Shown here piece after piece: positions 1-12,075 of a DNA stretch of 64,000 nucleotides. Position 1 is the stretch's first letter. Each line of letters opens with the position of its first letter. The stretch comes from Cyanophora paradoxa CCMP329 (taxonomy: Eukaryota > Plantae > Glaucophyta). The notes beneath the pieces were generated by a model. The model did not search any database, was not told where the DNA came from, and saw nothing but the letters and a program-made list of their open reading frames with translations. The DNA is taken from assembly GCA_004431415.1 (NCBI GenBank), contig QPMI01000496.1, forward strand, positions 611,463-675,462, given 5' to 3'. Made by a program: the position numbers and the translations under genes.

Positions 1-3000
1 CGCGCCCGCTGCGCCGCTCCGGTGAGACGAGAAGGGGGGGGGGGGGGGGGGGGGGGGGAGGAAAGAGGGTGCGGGTACCATGGCGTGGCCCCAGAGGAAG
101 GACTGCACGACGGACGCGGCGACGGCGCGGTGCAGGAGCCCCGTACCCTCCCGCCGCGCCTCCCCCTCCCGCCCCGCCGCGCATCTGCCGGAGCGTGAGC
201 GAAGGGAACGAGGGCGCCTCAGGGGGGGGGAAGGGGAAGGGGGGTACCGCTCGAGGTACGAGTCCCGCAGGGCGCGGGCGGCCGCGTGGTGCTCCCTCAG
301 CCCCGCGTGCCGCCGCGTCGCGAGGCGCTCGAGCTGTTCGACGTACCCCCAGACCGCCGCGGTCAGCGCGAGGGCAAGGGGCCCGCGAACGAAAAGAGGC
401 GCGCCTGGCGTCGGATGTGCGGAGGGAGCTCTACCCCCCGCGTCCGGTACACCTGCGGAAGCGCGGGGTTGAGAGCCGATCACGCGGGGGTACGCGGATC
501 CGGCGGGGTTACGGGGCGCACGCGGCGGACGAGCGCGTTCAGCACGTCGGCGTAGTGGACGCGCGCGTTCGCCACGGGTACGCCCTGCGTCCGGGGGGTA
601 CCGCTTCAGCACCCAGGTGGAAGGGGGCTACGGCGTTTTCGGACACCTTGAGCTCTCGGCAGAGCTCGATGGCGGTGGGGAGGCGGTCCGGCGGGGGCCG
701 GGCGCCCTTCCTCCGCCGCTCGGGGCGTGACGTCATCCCCAGCGAGGCCAGCAGGCGCCGTACCCCCCATCCCGCCTGCGCCCCCGCCGCTCAGGAGAAG
801 TGTCGGGGGGCGGGGAGTCGAGGGGGTACACGCGCCGAGATGAACCCGGTGGCGCGGGGGTCCAGCCGCTCCCACGCCGCAGCGAAGCGCTGCAGCTCCG
901 CCTCCTGCGGCGAATCGTTTGTATCCCTCCTCGACTCCTTCCCCCTAAAAAAAATTTAAATCCGCGTACCCGTATGAGGTACTCGTCGCGGGCGGCGATG
1001 CGCTCGAAAGAATCTCTCACGACGGCGACGAAGAGGTTGTTCCCTGGGAGGGGGGGGGAGGAGGGGGGGAAGAAGGGAGGGGGGTACGGGCTCGCTTCGG
1101 CGCCGGATGGGGGGGGGGGGGAACGGAGGGGACGGAGGGCGCCGCACCCAGGAAGTAGGTTAAGAAGAAGAAGGAGACGAAGAAGACGGGCGCCGCCACG
1201 AACGTCCCGCAGTCCTGCCGGCCCCCGGCGCTCAGCGGCGGGGCAGGGCGGGGGGCGGGGGGCGCGGGGCGCTCGCCTCGTAGGGGACGCCGGGCGTGCA
1301 GCCGCTCTCGGGCTGCCGCATGTAGTCCCACCTGAAGAAAGGGAGGGGCGGTGAGAGGAGGAGGAAGGGGGGGGAGGGGGGGGCCGAGGCTGACATGAGG
1401 GTGTCCCAGTTCTCGCCCGTGGTCATGCGGAAGAGGGAGACGAGGGCGCGCGGGAAGCGCTGGAAGTTGATGTCGCTCCGCGCCTGCCGAGTCCGAGTCC
1501 GAGGATTCAGAGGGGGCGGCGGCCGGGGCCGAGAGCGGCGGGGCGCGGAGGGGTGGTCGCACCGTGGTCGCCCCCTCGAGCATCACGTACTGGAACTGCG
1601 GGTTGGGGGGGAGGGAGGGGGGAGGGGCGGCCTCAGAGGGCCGGCGGGCGCGGGAGCCAGGCAGCGAGAGGGGGCGGCGCGCCTGCCAGACGCCGATGAT
1701 GCCGTAGATGTAGATGACGAGGACGAGCAGGAGCCCGATCGAGCCCAGCGCGGGGAGGCACTGGGGTCCCGCCGTGGGGTCAGGCCCTTGAGCCGGGGCG
1801 CGGACGGGCGGGAGGGAGGCAGGGGGGCTAGCGAGCTCTCGCTTCGGATGGAAAAAGAGAGAGAAAGGGAGAGAGGGGGGTACGGACGTCGAGGACGGTG
1901 ACGAAGATGAGCTGGACGCCCTTGAAGAGCCGGGCGAGGCGCAGGATACGGATGACGCGCAGCAGCCGCAGGCCCCGCATGAAGTTGGGGCCTGCGGGGG
2001 GGTCAGAGGGGGTCAGAGGGGTGGGGAGCGGGCGAGGGCGGGCGCGGCACCGATGTTGGAGTTGAGGGCGGCGACGGCGAGGCCGAGGAGGCCGGCGAGC
2101 GTCGCCGCCCCGTCCAGCAGGTTCCACGCCGACGCCGCGTACAGCCGCGGCCCTGCGCGACGCCGCGGCGTGTCGGATCGGATCGGATCGCATCGGATGG
2201 ACGCGAGGCCTAGCTCTAGATGGGGCGGGGCAAGACTGTTATCTTAAACTCGAGTTTTATGTGGTCGGGCGCCCGGATCGGATTTACGCGAGGTCTAGCT
2301 AGCGGGGGCTTCTTGAGTTTTTATATGGTCGGGCGCCCGGATGGGATGGACGCGAGGCCTAGGTCTCGGTCTAGCCAGGCCCGGACGGGGCGCGCGCGCG
2401 CACCGAGGCCGGCGAGCTTGACGGCCATCTCGGCGAGGAAGAGCACCGCGAAGAAGACGTTCACCTTCCTGCGGGGGGTTGGGAGGGGGGGGGTGGGGGG
2501 GGGTGGGGGAGGTGGGGGGGGGGGGGGGTGGAGTCGCACTCCATGGCGGCGTCCGTCGAGGCCGGCCGCGGGTTCCGCTGCGGGGCGCGGGCGCGGGGCG
2601 TCAGCAGCCGACGCGGGAGGGGCCCGCCTCGATCGCCGCTCCCCTGTCTCCTATCTCGCAATGTCTTCTATCTTCTATTTTCTATCTGCTTTTTTAAGCC
2701 CCTCCTATTTTCTATCTCCTGTCTCCTATCTTTCGATGTCTTGTTTCACTTCTATCGTACCTGGGCGGCGAGGAGGACGACGTTGGCGAAGATGGCGGCC
2801 ATCACCAGCGGGTCGAACCACGCGTGGTGCGCCTGCCCGAGGAGGAGGAGGAGAGTCAGGAGGGGCGGGGGGGAGGCGGGGAAGCGGGCGGGGGGAGGGG
2901 GCGCGCGATGTCCCAGCAGTAGCGGCGGACGGGGTTCGTGGGCGGCCGCAGCCGCGCCCGCAGCCGCCTGCTCACGCCTGCGCGCCCAACCTCAACCAGA

Positions 3001-6000
3001 AGAAAGTGAAGAAGAATCGAATAAGAGGCAACAAGGGCCGCGCGCACCGGTGGCGACGACGTCGCGGCACTCGCGCTGCGGCTTGGAGAGGAGCCCTGCG
3101 CAGCAAGGCTCAGCAAGGCTTCTCAGCACGGTTAGGGGGGCGTGAGAGCGGTGGGGCGAGCGCGCCGGTCTCGTCGGTGGCCTCCTCCTCGTCGGACTGG
3201 CGCGAGCGCTGGAAAAAGAAGACCAGCACGCCGATGATCTGCGGCGGGGCCGGGCGGGGCGGGGGCGTCCGGCGTTCAGCGCCCGCCCCGCCCTCCCTCC
3301 GACGCCCTAACCGATCCCCAGCTAGCTACTCCATGCCCTCTTATCGCCCCCTTATCCCCGCGCTCTCTCTCTCGACCCTGCTCGCTCTCCCGCGCACCAT
3401 GGCCATCCCCGTGTAGAGCCCGGCGTAGAGAAAGGCGTGGTAGAACCACGCGTAGTGCCACGACGCGTCGGGCCGGATCCCCTGCCGGGCGGGCGAGAGG
3501 GGGGCGGGCGGGAGGGGTCAGGGCGGCGGTCCGCTTCTCCTCGCTTCTTCTTCTCGGTTTACATACCTGGTCCACGCCGACGGTGGCCTGGGCCCAGTGC
3601 ATGTACTGCCGCCCGGCCGCCCCGTCAGCCCCGCCCCTCGACGTCGCACGAGGGCGGGGGGCGCACGAGGTTCCACTGCTCGAGGGAGACGACCTCGAAG
3701 AGGTGCAGCATCCTGCGCCGCCCACGGAGTCGGCCTCGTCGTCGGCGTCGTTGTCGTAGGCGGGTGCCCGTAGCTAGCTAGGCCTGGGCCTGGGCCCCCC
3801 TCTACCTTCTTCTTCTTCTACCCCGCGCCCCTGCCCTGCCCCCGCCGGGGCCCCGTGCGCGCGCACGCCATGAGGAAGGTGTCGAGGTTCTGCCAGTAGA
3901 AGACGCGCCGCCACTCCCGCGCCCGCGCCACGCCCCGCCCGTCCGTGAACGACCCCACGCACTCCGACTGCGGGGGAGGCTCAGTGGCCGAAGCGGGGAG
4001 AAGGGCGGCCTGGCGCACGCGGAGGAGAACGGAGGGGTCGCTGCAGTGCCAGAGCTTGCCCCCCAGCAGCCGCACCCCTGCGCGAGGCAGGCGCGATGAC
4101 GAGGAGCGAGGCAGGCGCGATGGCTTCGTTCCCACCGATGATGGCGAAGGCGGAGAAGAGGAGCCAGTTGATGGCGATGACGCGGAGGAGGATGGGCCCT
4201 CCCCGCCGCGCCATCGCCAGCAGCGCCCGCATCGTCCGCAGCTAAGAGAGAGATCAGATCAGATCAGATCAGATCCGATCCGATCAGACCCGGAGGAGGA
4301 GGCGGAAGAGCATGAGGGAGCGGGCGGCGCGGATGGCGCGGAGCGTCTTGTTCTGCGGCAGCAGCCCGAAATCCGCCGCCACGCTGCGGGGAGAGGAGGG
4401 GCGCCCTCAGCAGGGGGCCCAAGGGGAGCAGCGGAGGGAGGAGAGAGGGAGGTGCAAGCAAGCGCCGAGCCCCTCCCGAGCCCCCCCTAGTTCCGGCGCC
4501 CCCCTAGCCCGCCCCGTCAGAGGGGGGGCGCAAGGGGGGCAGCGGAGGAGGGGGGAATCCCGTCGATCCCGGGTGCAGGCCCCTCCAGGCGCCTCCCGAG
4601 CCCATCCATCTAATTCCAGCCTCTCCCAGCCCTTCTAACGCCGGCCCCTCCCGAGCCCGTCCTCCCGAGCATCTACCCTCCGCCCTACCCGAGCCCAACC
4701 ATCTAGTTCCGGCGCCCCCCTAGCCCGTCCGTCTGATCTAATCCACCCGATTCGAGTCTCCATCCCCCCTTTTCTTCTCTTATCGGACCTGGCGAAGGAG
4801 GTGATGACGACGGCGGCGTCGAGGAGGTTGACGGGGTTCCGCAGGTACGAGCGCCGCCCCAGCACGAACCCCTTCGCCACCACCTTCACCACCATCTGCG
4901 GGGGGGCGGGGGCCGGGGGGAGGTGAGCGAGGCGCCCGGGGCGCGCGGGGAGATCGCCCTCGTCCCCCCCCCCCCCCCCGAGCGAGGCTCGCTCCCCCGG
5001 CCGCCTCCCCCCGGCAGCGGCCACCTCCCCCCCCCTCCCTTCCCTCGCTTGGGCCGGCGCACTAGGCCCGCTGCGGGGCGGGGCGGGGCGGGGCGGGGCG
5101 GGGCGGGGCGGCGGGGCGCGCCTCGAGGAGGAAGAAGACGGCGAATCCGACGTTGAAGCGGTCGATCGCGACGTAGTGCCGGTCGGGGTACGTCGCCTCG
5201 AACGCCAGCAGCCCTGGGGCGAGGGGCGACGGGTGGGCGGGTGGGGCGGGAGGGGCGGGCAGGGAGGGCGAGAGGGAGGGCGGACCTGCGTTGATTACGA
5301 TCTGCGGGGGCAAGGGGGCAAGCAAGCGAGGGCCGGGCGGGGTGAGGCGGGGCCCGCGGCGCAGGCGGGGCAGGCGAGGCCGGGGCCCAGGCGCGCGCAC
5401 CGCGACCTGGACCGCCACCACGAAGTAGCGGTGGTGCATGATCCTGCGGGGCGCGAGGGGCGTCGGCGGGAAGGAGGCGAGGCGAGAGGGAAGAGGGGCG
5501 GCGGGCGGGCGCGCCTGCGGGCGAGGGCGCGGGCTCTGTCTTCCTTCTCCCAGATGAAGCAGCTGCGCGAGTCCTCGCCGGTGAAGGGCCGCAGCGCGGG
5601 GAGCACCGCGCCCCGCCACCAGTCGGCGATCGCGGCGAGCCACGCCAGCCAGCGGCTGCGGCGCACGGCCAGGGCGATCCGCTGGGCCACGGGCCGCTGC
5701 TGCGCGGCGGCGAGCCCCGCGGCGAGCCCGGCCGCGCGCCAGCGGCCGGCGCCCCCGCGGGCGGTGAGGAGGCCCGTGCCGCGGGCGGTGAGGAGGCCCT
5801 TGCCGCCGGCGAGGGCGAGCGCGGCGCGCCGGGCGACCGCCGCGTCGTCGTCGGCGGCGGCGTCGGCGACGGCCGCGGAGGGCGCGAAGACGACAGAGGC
5901 GGCGCTGCCGCCCGCGGCGGAGGCGAAGGCGGCGCGGATCGCGGCGCGCTCGGGCCCCGCCAGGCTGCTCTTCCGGCCGGCCGCCGCGTGGCCGGCGGGG

Positions 6001-9000
6001 CGGGGGCGGCGGCGGCGGGGGCGGGGCGCTGGAGTGGGGCGGGGAGGAGAGGACGTGCTTCAGGAGGGGGGAGGCCCCGAGGGGGGCGAGGCCGGCCCGA
6101 GGGGCGGCGGGCGCCGCATTGGGGGCGACTTGGAGCGGGACACCCCGGCGGCGGCGGCGCCCGGGGGGGCGCGGGAGGGGGGAGAGAGCGACCGCGAGGC
6201 GTGGCGGGGCGGCCTCGCGGCCGGGGCGGGGGCGGAGGCCGCGGGGGGTAGGGGCTCGGCGGGGGAGGGCGGCCCGGAGGGGGGTAGGAGCATCGCCTCG
6301 AGGCGGCGGGAGGCCTCGGTGAGGGGTACGGGGGGCGACAGGCCCAGCATCGCGGAGAGGCGGCGGAACCCGTCCCCGTCCCCCGCGTCTCGCTCCCCCG
6401 GGGGGGTGAGGAACGTCGGGTCGCTGCCCGTACCCGTCCGGTCCGTGGAAGCCTGCGAGGGGGCCGCGCTGCCGTGCAGCATCCGGGAGCGCCGGGGGGG
6501 TACGGGGCCCGCCGGGGCCGCGTGCTCCCCCGCCAGGTCCAGGTCCAGGGCGCCCACGAGGCCGGCCCCCCGCTTCTCCTTCTCCCCCTCCCGCTCGGGG
6601 GGTACGACGTACTTGGCGGCGGCCCCGCCGGGCCGGGCGGGCGGGCCGGGGCCCGGGCCGGGGCCGGGGCCGGGGCCGGCGCGGCCGCCGGGATCTCCAC
6701 GAGGGGTGCCACCTTCCCGCCGCCCCTGCGCCACCCGGGCCCGGGGCCAGGGCCTGCGCGGGCCCGCCGCGTAAGCCGGGGCCGAGGCCGCGCGCGGCTT
6801 CCTTCTTTCTTTGGGGCGTGGACGCCCGCGCACCGGCGGCCTTCTCGGCGGCGTCGAGGACGGCCGAGGGCGGCGCCGAGGGCTTCGACTCCTCGGAGAC
6901 GGCCGCCGAGCCCTGCCGCGAAGCGGCCCGCGAGCCGCCCCGCGAGTCGCCCATGTCCATGTACCCCGCCTCGCTGACGGCCCCGCCGGCCCCCTCCGAC
7001 CCGTGCGCCGAGGCGCCCCCTGCGGACGAGGCGCGGAGCAAGTGAGAGGAGGAGGAGGAGGAGGAGGAGACTCCGAAGAGCGGACCGAAGAGCTCGGCGG
7101 CGAGGGACTTGGAGTGGAGGGCGACCTCGAGGTTCGCGCAGACGTTCAGGATCACGATCGTCTGCCACATGCTGCGCGGGGGAGGTGGAGCGAGGGGGAG
7201 GGGGAGGGGGAGCGCGTGAGCCGCCCGGCCAGCAAGCCGCTGAGGGGCGGGGCGCACTTGAGCATGACGTAGAGGCCGATGACGATGACGAGGATGAAGT
7301 AGAGGGAGGCGGCGCCGCCCACCGCCCGCATCCCGTCTGCGCGCGCGGCGTCGAACAGGGCGGAGCAGGAGGAGAAGAAGATGGAGAAGAGGAGGGGAGC
7401 GGCGGGAAGGGGCGGGGCGGGGCGGGGCGGGGCGGGGCGGGGCGGGGCGGGGCGGGCGGGCGCTCGCAACCTAAAGCTCTAAAGCTTCTTCTAGTGGAGC
7501 GGTTCTCTTGTGCTCCGCGGCTAAGGCTTCTAGTGGGGCGGCAGTCTAGAGCCTCCAGCGGGGCGGGGCGGGGCGGGGCGGGGGCGCACCGAAGAGGACG
7601 TCGTTCCAGGCGTCGGCGGTCATCACCTGCAGCACCACCTGCGCGCACGCAAGAGAAGAAGCCGGTCAGCTGAGCGGGGGCGGGGGCGGGGGCTCGCGGG
7701 GGCGGGCTCGCGGGCCTGGTAGGAGGCGAAGAGGGAGTGGAAGTTGTAGGGGCGGGGGGCCTCCGCCACGCCCGGCAGCCGCGACCACTCGCACGACGCC
7801 TCGAAGACGCAGCTCCCCGCGAAGATCTGAGAGCGGGAGGGGAAGAAGAGCAAGGCTCAGGGGGAATTGGAGCAAGCGGGCGGGCGGGCCAGCGGGCCCC
7901 CTTGGAGAGCCCGCTCCGCCCCGCCCCTCTAGCCCAGAGTGCCCGGGGCTGGAGGGCGGCGCAGAGCGGGCTCTTCCACTGCGTCCGAGCGCCCCGCCCC
8001 GCCCCCCGCCGCCCAGAGTTCCCGGGGCGCGGAGCCGGGGCACCTGGACTCCTAGGAGGGAGAAGACGAGGACGACGACGACGAAGATGGGGAGGAAGGA
8101 GGCCAGCGACGAGACGGCGCGCCCCAGGTTCTGCACCAGCACCCGGAACGTCCCCTGCGCAACGGAAGGCCAGCGGGCGGGCTCAGACTGATCTGATCGG
8201 ATCTGATCCGATCCGATCTGATGTGATCGGGCCGGGCCGGGGCGCGCACGTCGGCGTCGGCGAGGGGCCGCAGGAGCGCGAGCACGCGGATCGCGTTCGC
8301 GAAGGGCCGCTCCGCCCCCCCCAGCAGCTGGCCCCGCGAGTGAGGCGGGGTAGAAGGAGGAGAAGGGGGGTACGAAGGGACCTCGGCGGCGCTCCAGGCG
8401 GTGGCGGCGAGCTCGAGCCAGTTCCAGCGGATGGAGAGGAAGCGCCCCGGTCCCAGCACCGCCAGCTCCAGCGCCGTCGCACCCCCGAACAGCGCCTGCC
8501 GGGGGGAGTGAGGGGTACCGGGGTGGAGCGCGGGGGGGAGAGAGATCGGGGGTACCACGAAGAAGGCGTAGATGCCGCGGTGGACGGAAAGCATGCGGGG
8601 GGAGAGGTCCACGTGCCAGGCTGGTACCCCCCAGGCCCTCAGAACGAGAAGGGGGGGGGGGTTCTCGGGGGGTACGGGGCACCGGCGAGCTGGACGTAGC
8701 TGCCGGCGTAGCAGAGGTAGAGGAACCAGCGGTACCCCCGCCGCGCGAAGGAGCGCAGCACCGCCCGGCGCGCCGCCGAGCCCTGCCACCTCTGCCGAAA
8801 GATCTTTCGTTCAGAGGGGAAAGGGGGGCACAAGATCTCGGCCCTGTTTCGGGCCCCGCTTGCTCGGACGGACCTTGGCGGCGCCGGAGGCCATGGAGGA
8901 GAACTGGTCGCTCTTCCCGCAGGTCGCCAGCGCGAGGAGGAGGCCCCAGAGGATGCCCAGCACCCGCCCGAAGACCTGCCCGCCCGTCAAGGGGGGAGGA

Positions 9001-11572
9001 TAGGGGGGGGAGGGGGAGGGGGGTACGCGCCTTGCTGAGGACGCGGAGGGCGCGGGACTGGGACATGATCGAGCGGCCGCGGACCGCCAGCACCACCTGG
9101 CGCGCCGGGTCGGATGGGCGGGGCCGGGGGCGGGGGCGGGGGCGGAGCGGGGTACGGGCGCACAAGGCGGGCGCCGAGGGATCCGTGGCTCGCCTTCCGC
9201 TCGAACTCCTCCAGCTCCTCGTACTGGTTGGGGGGGGGGTGGGGGAGGTGTTGGACCGGGTACACTCGGCGGGTGCGCAGGGGGGGCGGGGGGGCACCTT
9301 GTTCATGGTCGCGGCCAGGAACATGTTAAGCACGACGTACACCCCCAGGATTTGCCTGTGGGAAGGGAAGAACTTCGCGGGGGGTACAGGAAGGCACGCG
9401 GGGGGAGGGGGGGTAGGGCACATGAGGATGAAGTAGAAGTAGGGAACGAACTGGTTGACGGTGTGGCCCACCCAGAACATGTAGTCGCTCCACTGGGATT
9501 GCTGCGACGCTTCAGAATGGTGGGAGGGGGGTAGAGGGACTAAGAGGAGTACCGTGAGGCACTGGAAGATGGTGAGGAAGGCGTTTTCGATCGTGTCGAA
9601 GCTGCGGGGTACGGGGTTCGAGGGGAGAGGAGGGACACGGGGGTAAGGGGCCGGACCTGATGTATCCCCAGCCAGGGTTCTGAAAACGGACGCGAAGCGG
9701 GGAGCAAGGGATCAGGCGGGCCGGCAGGGGGCGGAGCAAAGGTACCCCGAACGCACCGAGTACCCAAGAACGGGGTGGACGTAGCGGGCGCAGTACGTAC
9801 CCGTGTCGCAGAGGCGGCCGGCCCCCGTCGGGTTGCACACGTGGTTGGGGTACGCTGTGGAAGCGAAGAAGGACGCGGGCGTCAGTCCGTGGGCCGGGGT
9901 ACGCTGAGAAAGGACGGGGAGGGGGTACGCGCACAGGCGGCGTCGGGGTCGGAGATCGAGAGGTCGCCGGTGAGGCCGTCGGCGCAGCGGTTTTGCAGGG
10001 ACCCCTCGAAGAGCTGCAGGGGGGTACGTGCACACAGCTCAGCGAGGAGGCGGCGAAGGCCCGGTCCGGCAAGGCGCGAGCGGGCGGGCGGGCGGGCCGC
10101 GCCTGCATGCCGGCGATGCCGAAGACGACGTAGAAGAAGACCAGCTGCGGGGCGGGGCGGGGCGGGGCGGGGCGGGTCAGGCCGGGCGGGCGGTCGGCTG
10201 GAATGGAGGGGCGGGAGTGGCGGGGCGGGCCTGGATGCCGAGGTGGCCCATGATGGGCGCCGCTTGGGCCATGGCCACCATCAGCGTCTGCGCGGGGCGG
10301 GGCGGGGCGGGGCGGGGCGGCATCAGCGGGGATAGGTGGGGCCCGGGGGCGAGGGAGGCGGGGGCGCGTCCCGTCCCGTCCCTCGGAGCGAGCGGGGGGC
10401 GGGGGGCGGGGGCGGGGGCGGGGGGCGGGGGGCGGGGGGCGGACCTTGAGGGTGGGGAGGAGGTCCCGGAGGGCCCGGAAGACCCGCACGGTTCGGATCG
10501 ACCCGAAGTTGCCGATCGCCGGCGAGAGGCCCAGGTACCCCAGCACCACCACCCCGAAGTCTGGGGGGTAGAGGATTAGACGTGAGGGAGGGGGAGGGAG
10601 GGGGGGGGACTCGGAGTCACCGATCCAGCGCCAGCCGGAGCGGAAGTAGGCGCCCTTGTGCGCAAGCAGGCCCCTCGCCAACATCTGCGAACGAAGTGAG
10701 AGGGGCGGGGGGGAAGGAGGTGCAGGGGGGTACGGGGGCGCGCCTGGACGACGACCTCGAGGGTGAAGGCGACCGTGATGGCGAGATCGCACTTCTCAAG
10801 GGCCCGGTTCCTGTACCCCGCGCCGGGTCGCGAGAAGGTGAGGGCAGGCTGGGGGCAGGCTGGACCGGGGCGCACCGCTCCGAGTTGGGCTCCGTTGGGT
10901 CCGACGCGGCGATCAGCACGACGTTGGCGATAGTGAGGAAGAGGTACGCCGCGTCTGGGGGGTACCGGATCGACGGGGCGGGAGCGGGAGCAGGGGGGGG
11001 GGGGGGACATGGGCGCACAGGTGTACTTGTGGAGGACGACGCGCATGCAGAAGCGGCGGGCGGGGTGCTCGAACCCGAGGAGGCCGAAGGAGGGGTCCGG
11101 GGGGAACTCGCTGTCCATCGCGTCCTCCCTGCCGGGGGCGGGGAGAGCGGTCGGGTCGGCGCGGCGCGGGAGCGGGCCGAGGGGAGCCGCGCCGCCGCTC
11201 CGTCCTAGGGCTTAGCATGCTCCTCACGGCTCTCGCCCCTAGAGCCCGAGCGCCGGCGCTGCAGCGGCGCGGGGCGGGGGCGCCCGGACGCACCACTCCT
11301 GCTCCGTGTTGTCCCAATCCAGGAGCGGATCTCGCTCCTCGATCGCCGCTATCATCGCCTCCTCGTGCGTCTTCGCAGGGATCGTGCCCCACGGCTTCTC
11401 CTCCTCCACGACCGCCTCGCCGCGGAAGAAGCGGACCGTCCTCTGTGGCAGAGGGCGTCAGGTGCCGCTGTCCGCGCGCCTGCAGCTAGCTGCAGGCGCC
11501 TCGCGCGTATGCAGGGCTTCTGACCTTGACGCCGCGCCACACATAGCCGGATAGGGCCTTTATATCGTCCAT
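1..11572 (-). CDS. Four-domain voltage-gated Ca2+ channel alpha1-like subunit (multi-exon, 3' end beyond window)
   Basis: Spliced exons give four 6-TM repeats. DI: S4 SIRTVRVFRALRDLL, P-loop FDTIENAFLTIFQCLT|QSQWSDYM, S6 ILGVYVVLNMFLAA. DII: P-loop VVLQVMTADAWNDV. DIII: S4 KTLRAIRAARSLMLFR, P-loop MLHLFEVVSLEQWN. DIV: S4 RGLRLLRVIRILRLARLFK, P-loop NFQRFPRALVSLFRMTTGENWDTLM. The III-IV linker LSKPQREC resembles Cav LDKNQRQC. EF-hand-like (ELQRFAAAWERLDPRATGFI) and IQ-like (AASVVQSFLWGH) segments follow. The start ATG at 11572 (MDDIKAL) is inferred. Confidence 0.93.
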
Positions 11573-12075
11573 CGATACCTGAAGTTTCTGAACTCTATCC
11601 GCCGCTCTCTGGCGAAGCTATGCCATCCAAAGCTTGCTGCAGACGGCGAACTGCTGGCAAGTTGCCCCAACCTTAATCGCTAGCTCATTCTATGCACGGG
11701 ATGCGCAGGACTTGTCGAAAGCGCCACATAGCTGTGCGTGCGAGCGGCCAGGCCACCTTAAAGTTTGCATGCTCACAAACTCAGCTGTACCCGGGCAACA
11801 CGAGGCGCTTCGCGCCGAAGCCCCGTCCGGCCTCTACAAAGGTCGCTGGCCTCACATTGAGCAGTTTCGCAACAGAAACCGTTGTCCTTAGCGCTACCGG
11901 AGGCGTCGGAAGCGTAGGAGCAGAAGCCACCGCCCAGCCCTCTGATAGCGCCTGCAACGCCTGCGGCTCGCCGGCGCACATGAAAAGGTAGTGAAGAACT
12001 CAGGCTCTCGGCCCTGAGTGCAAAGGACGACCCGCTTCAAAAGCCGCGCCTTAGCTAAGGGCAGACCGCTGCGCC

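Noticed and set aside
2170-8230. (GATCA/GATCG)n tracts and short duplications in channel introns as introner elements
   Set aside because: The introns share only simple repeats, not end-to-end similarity or common termini.
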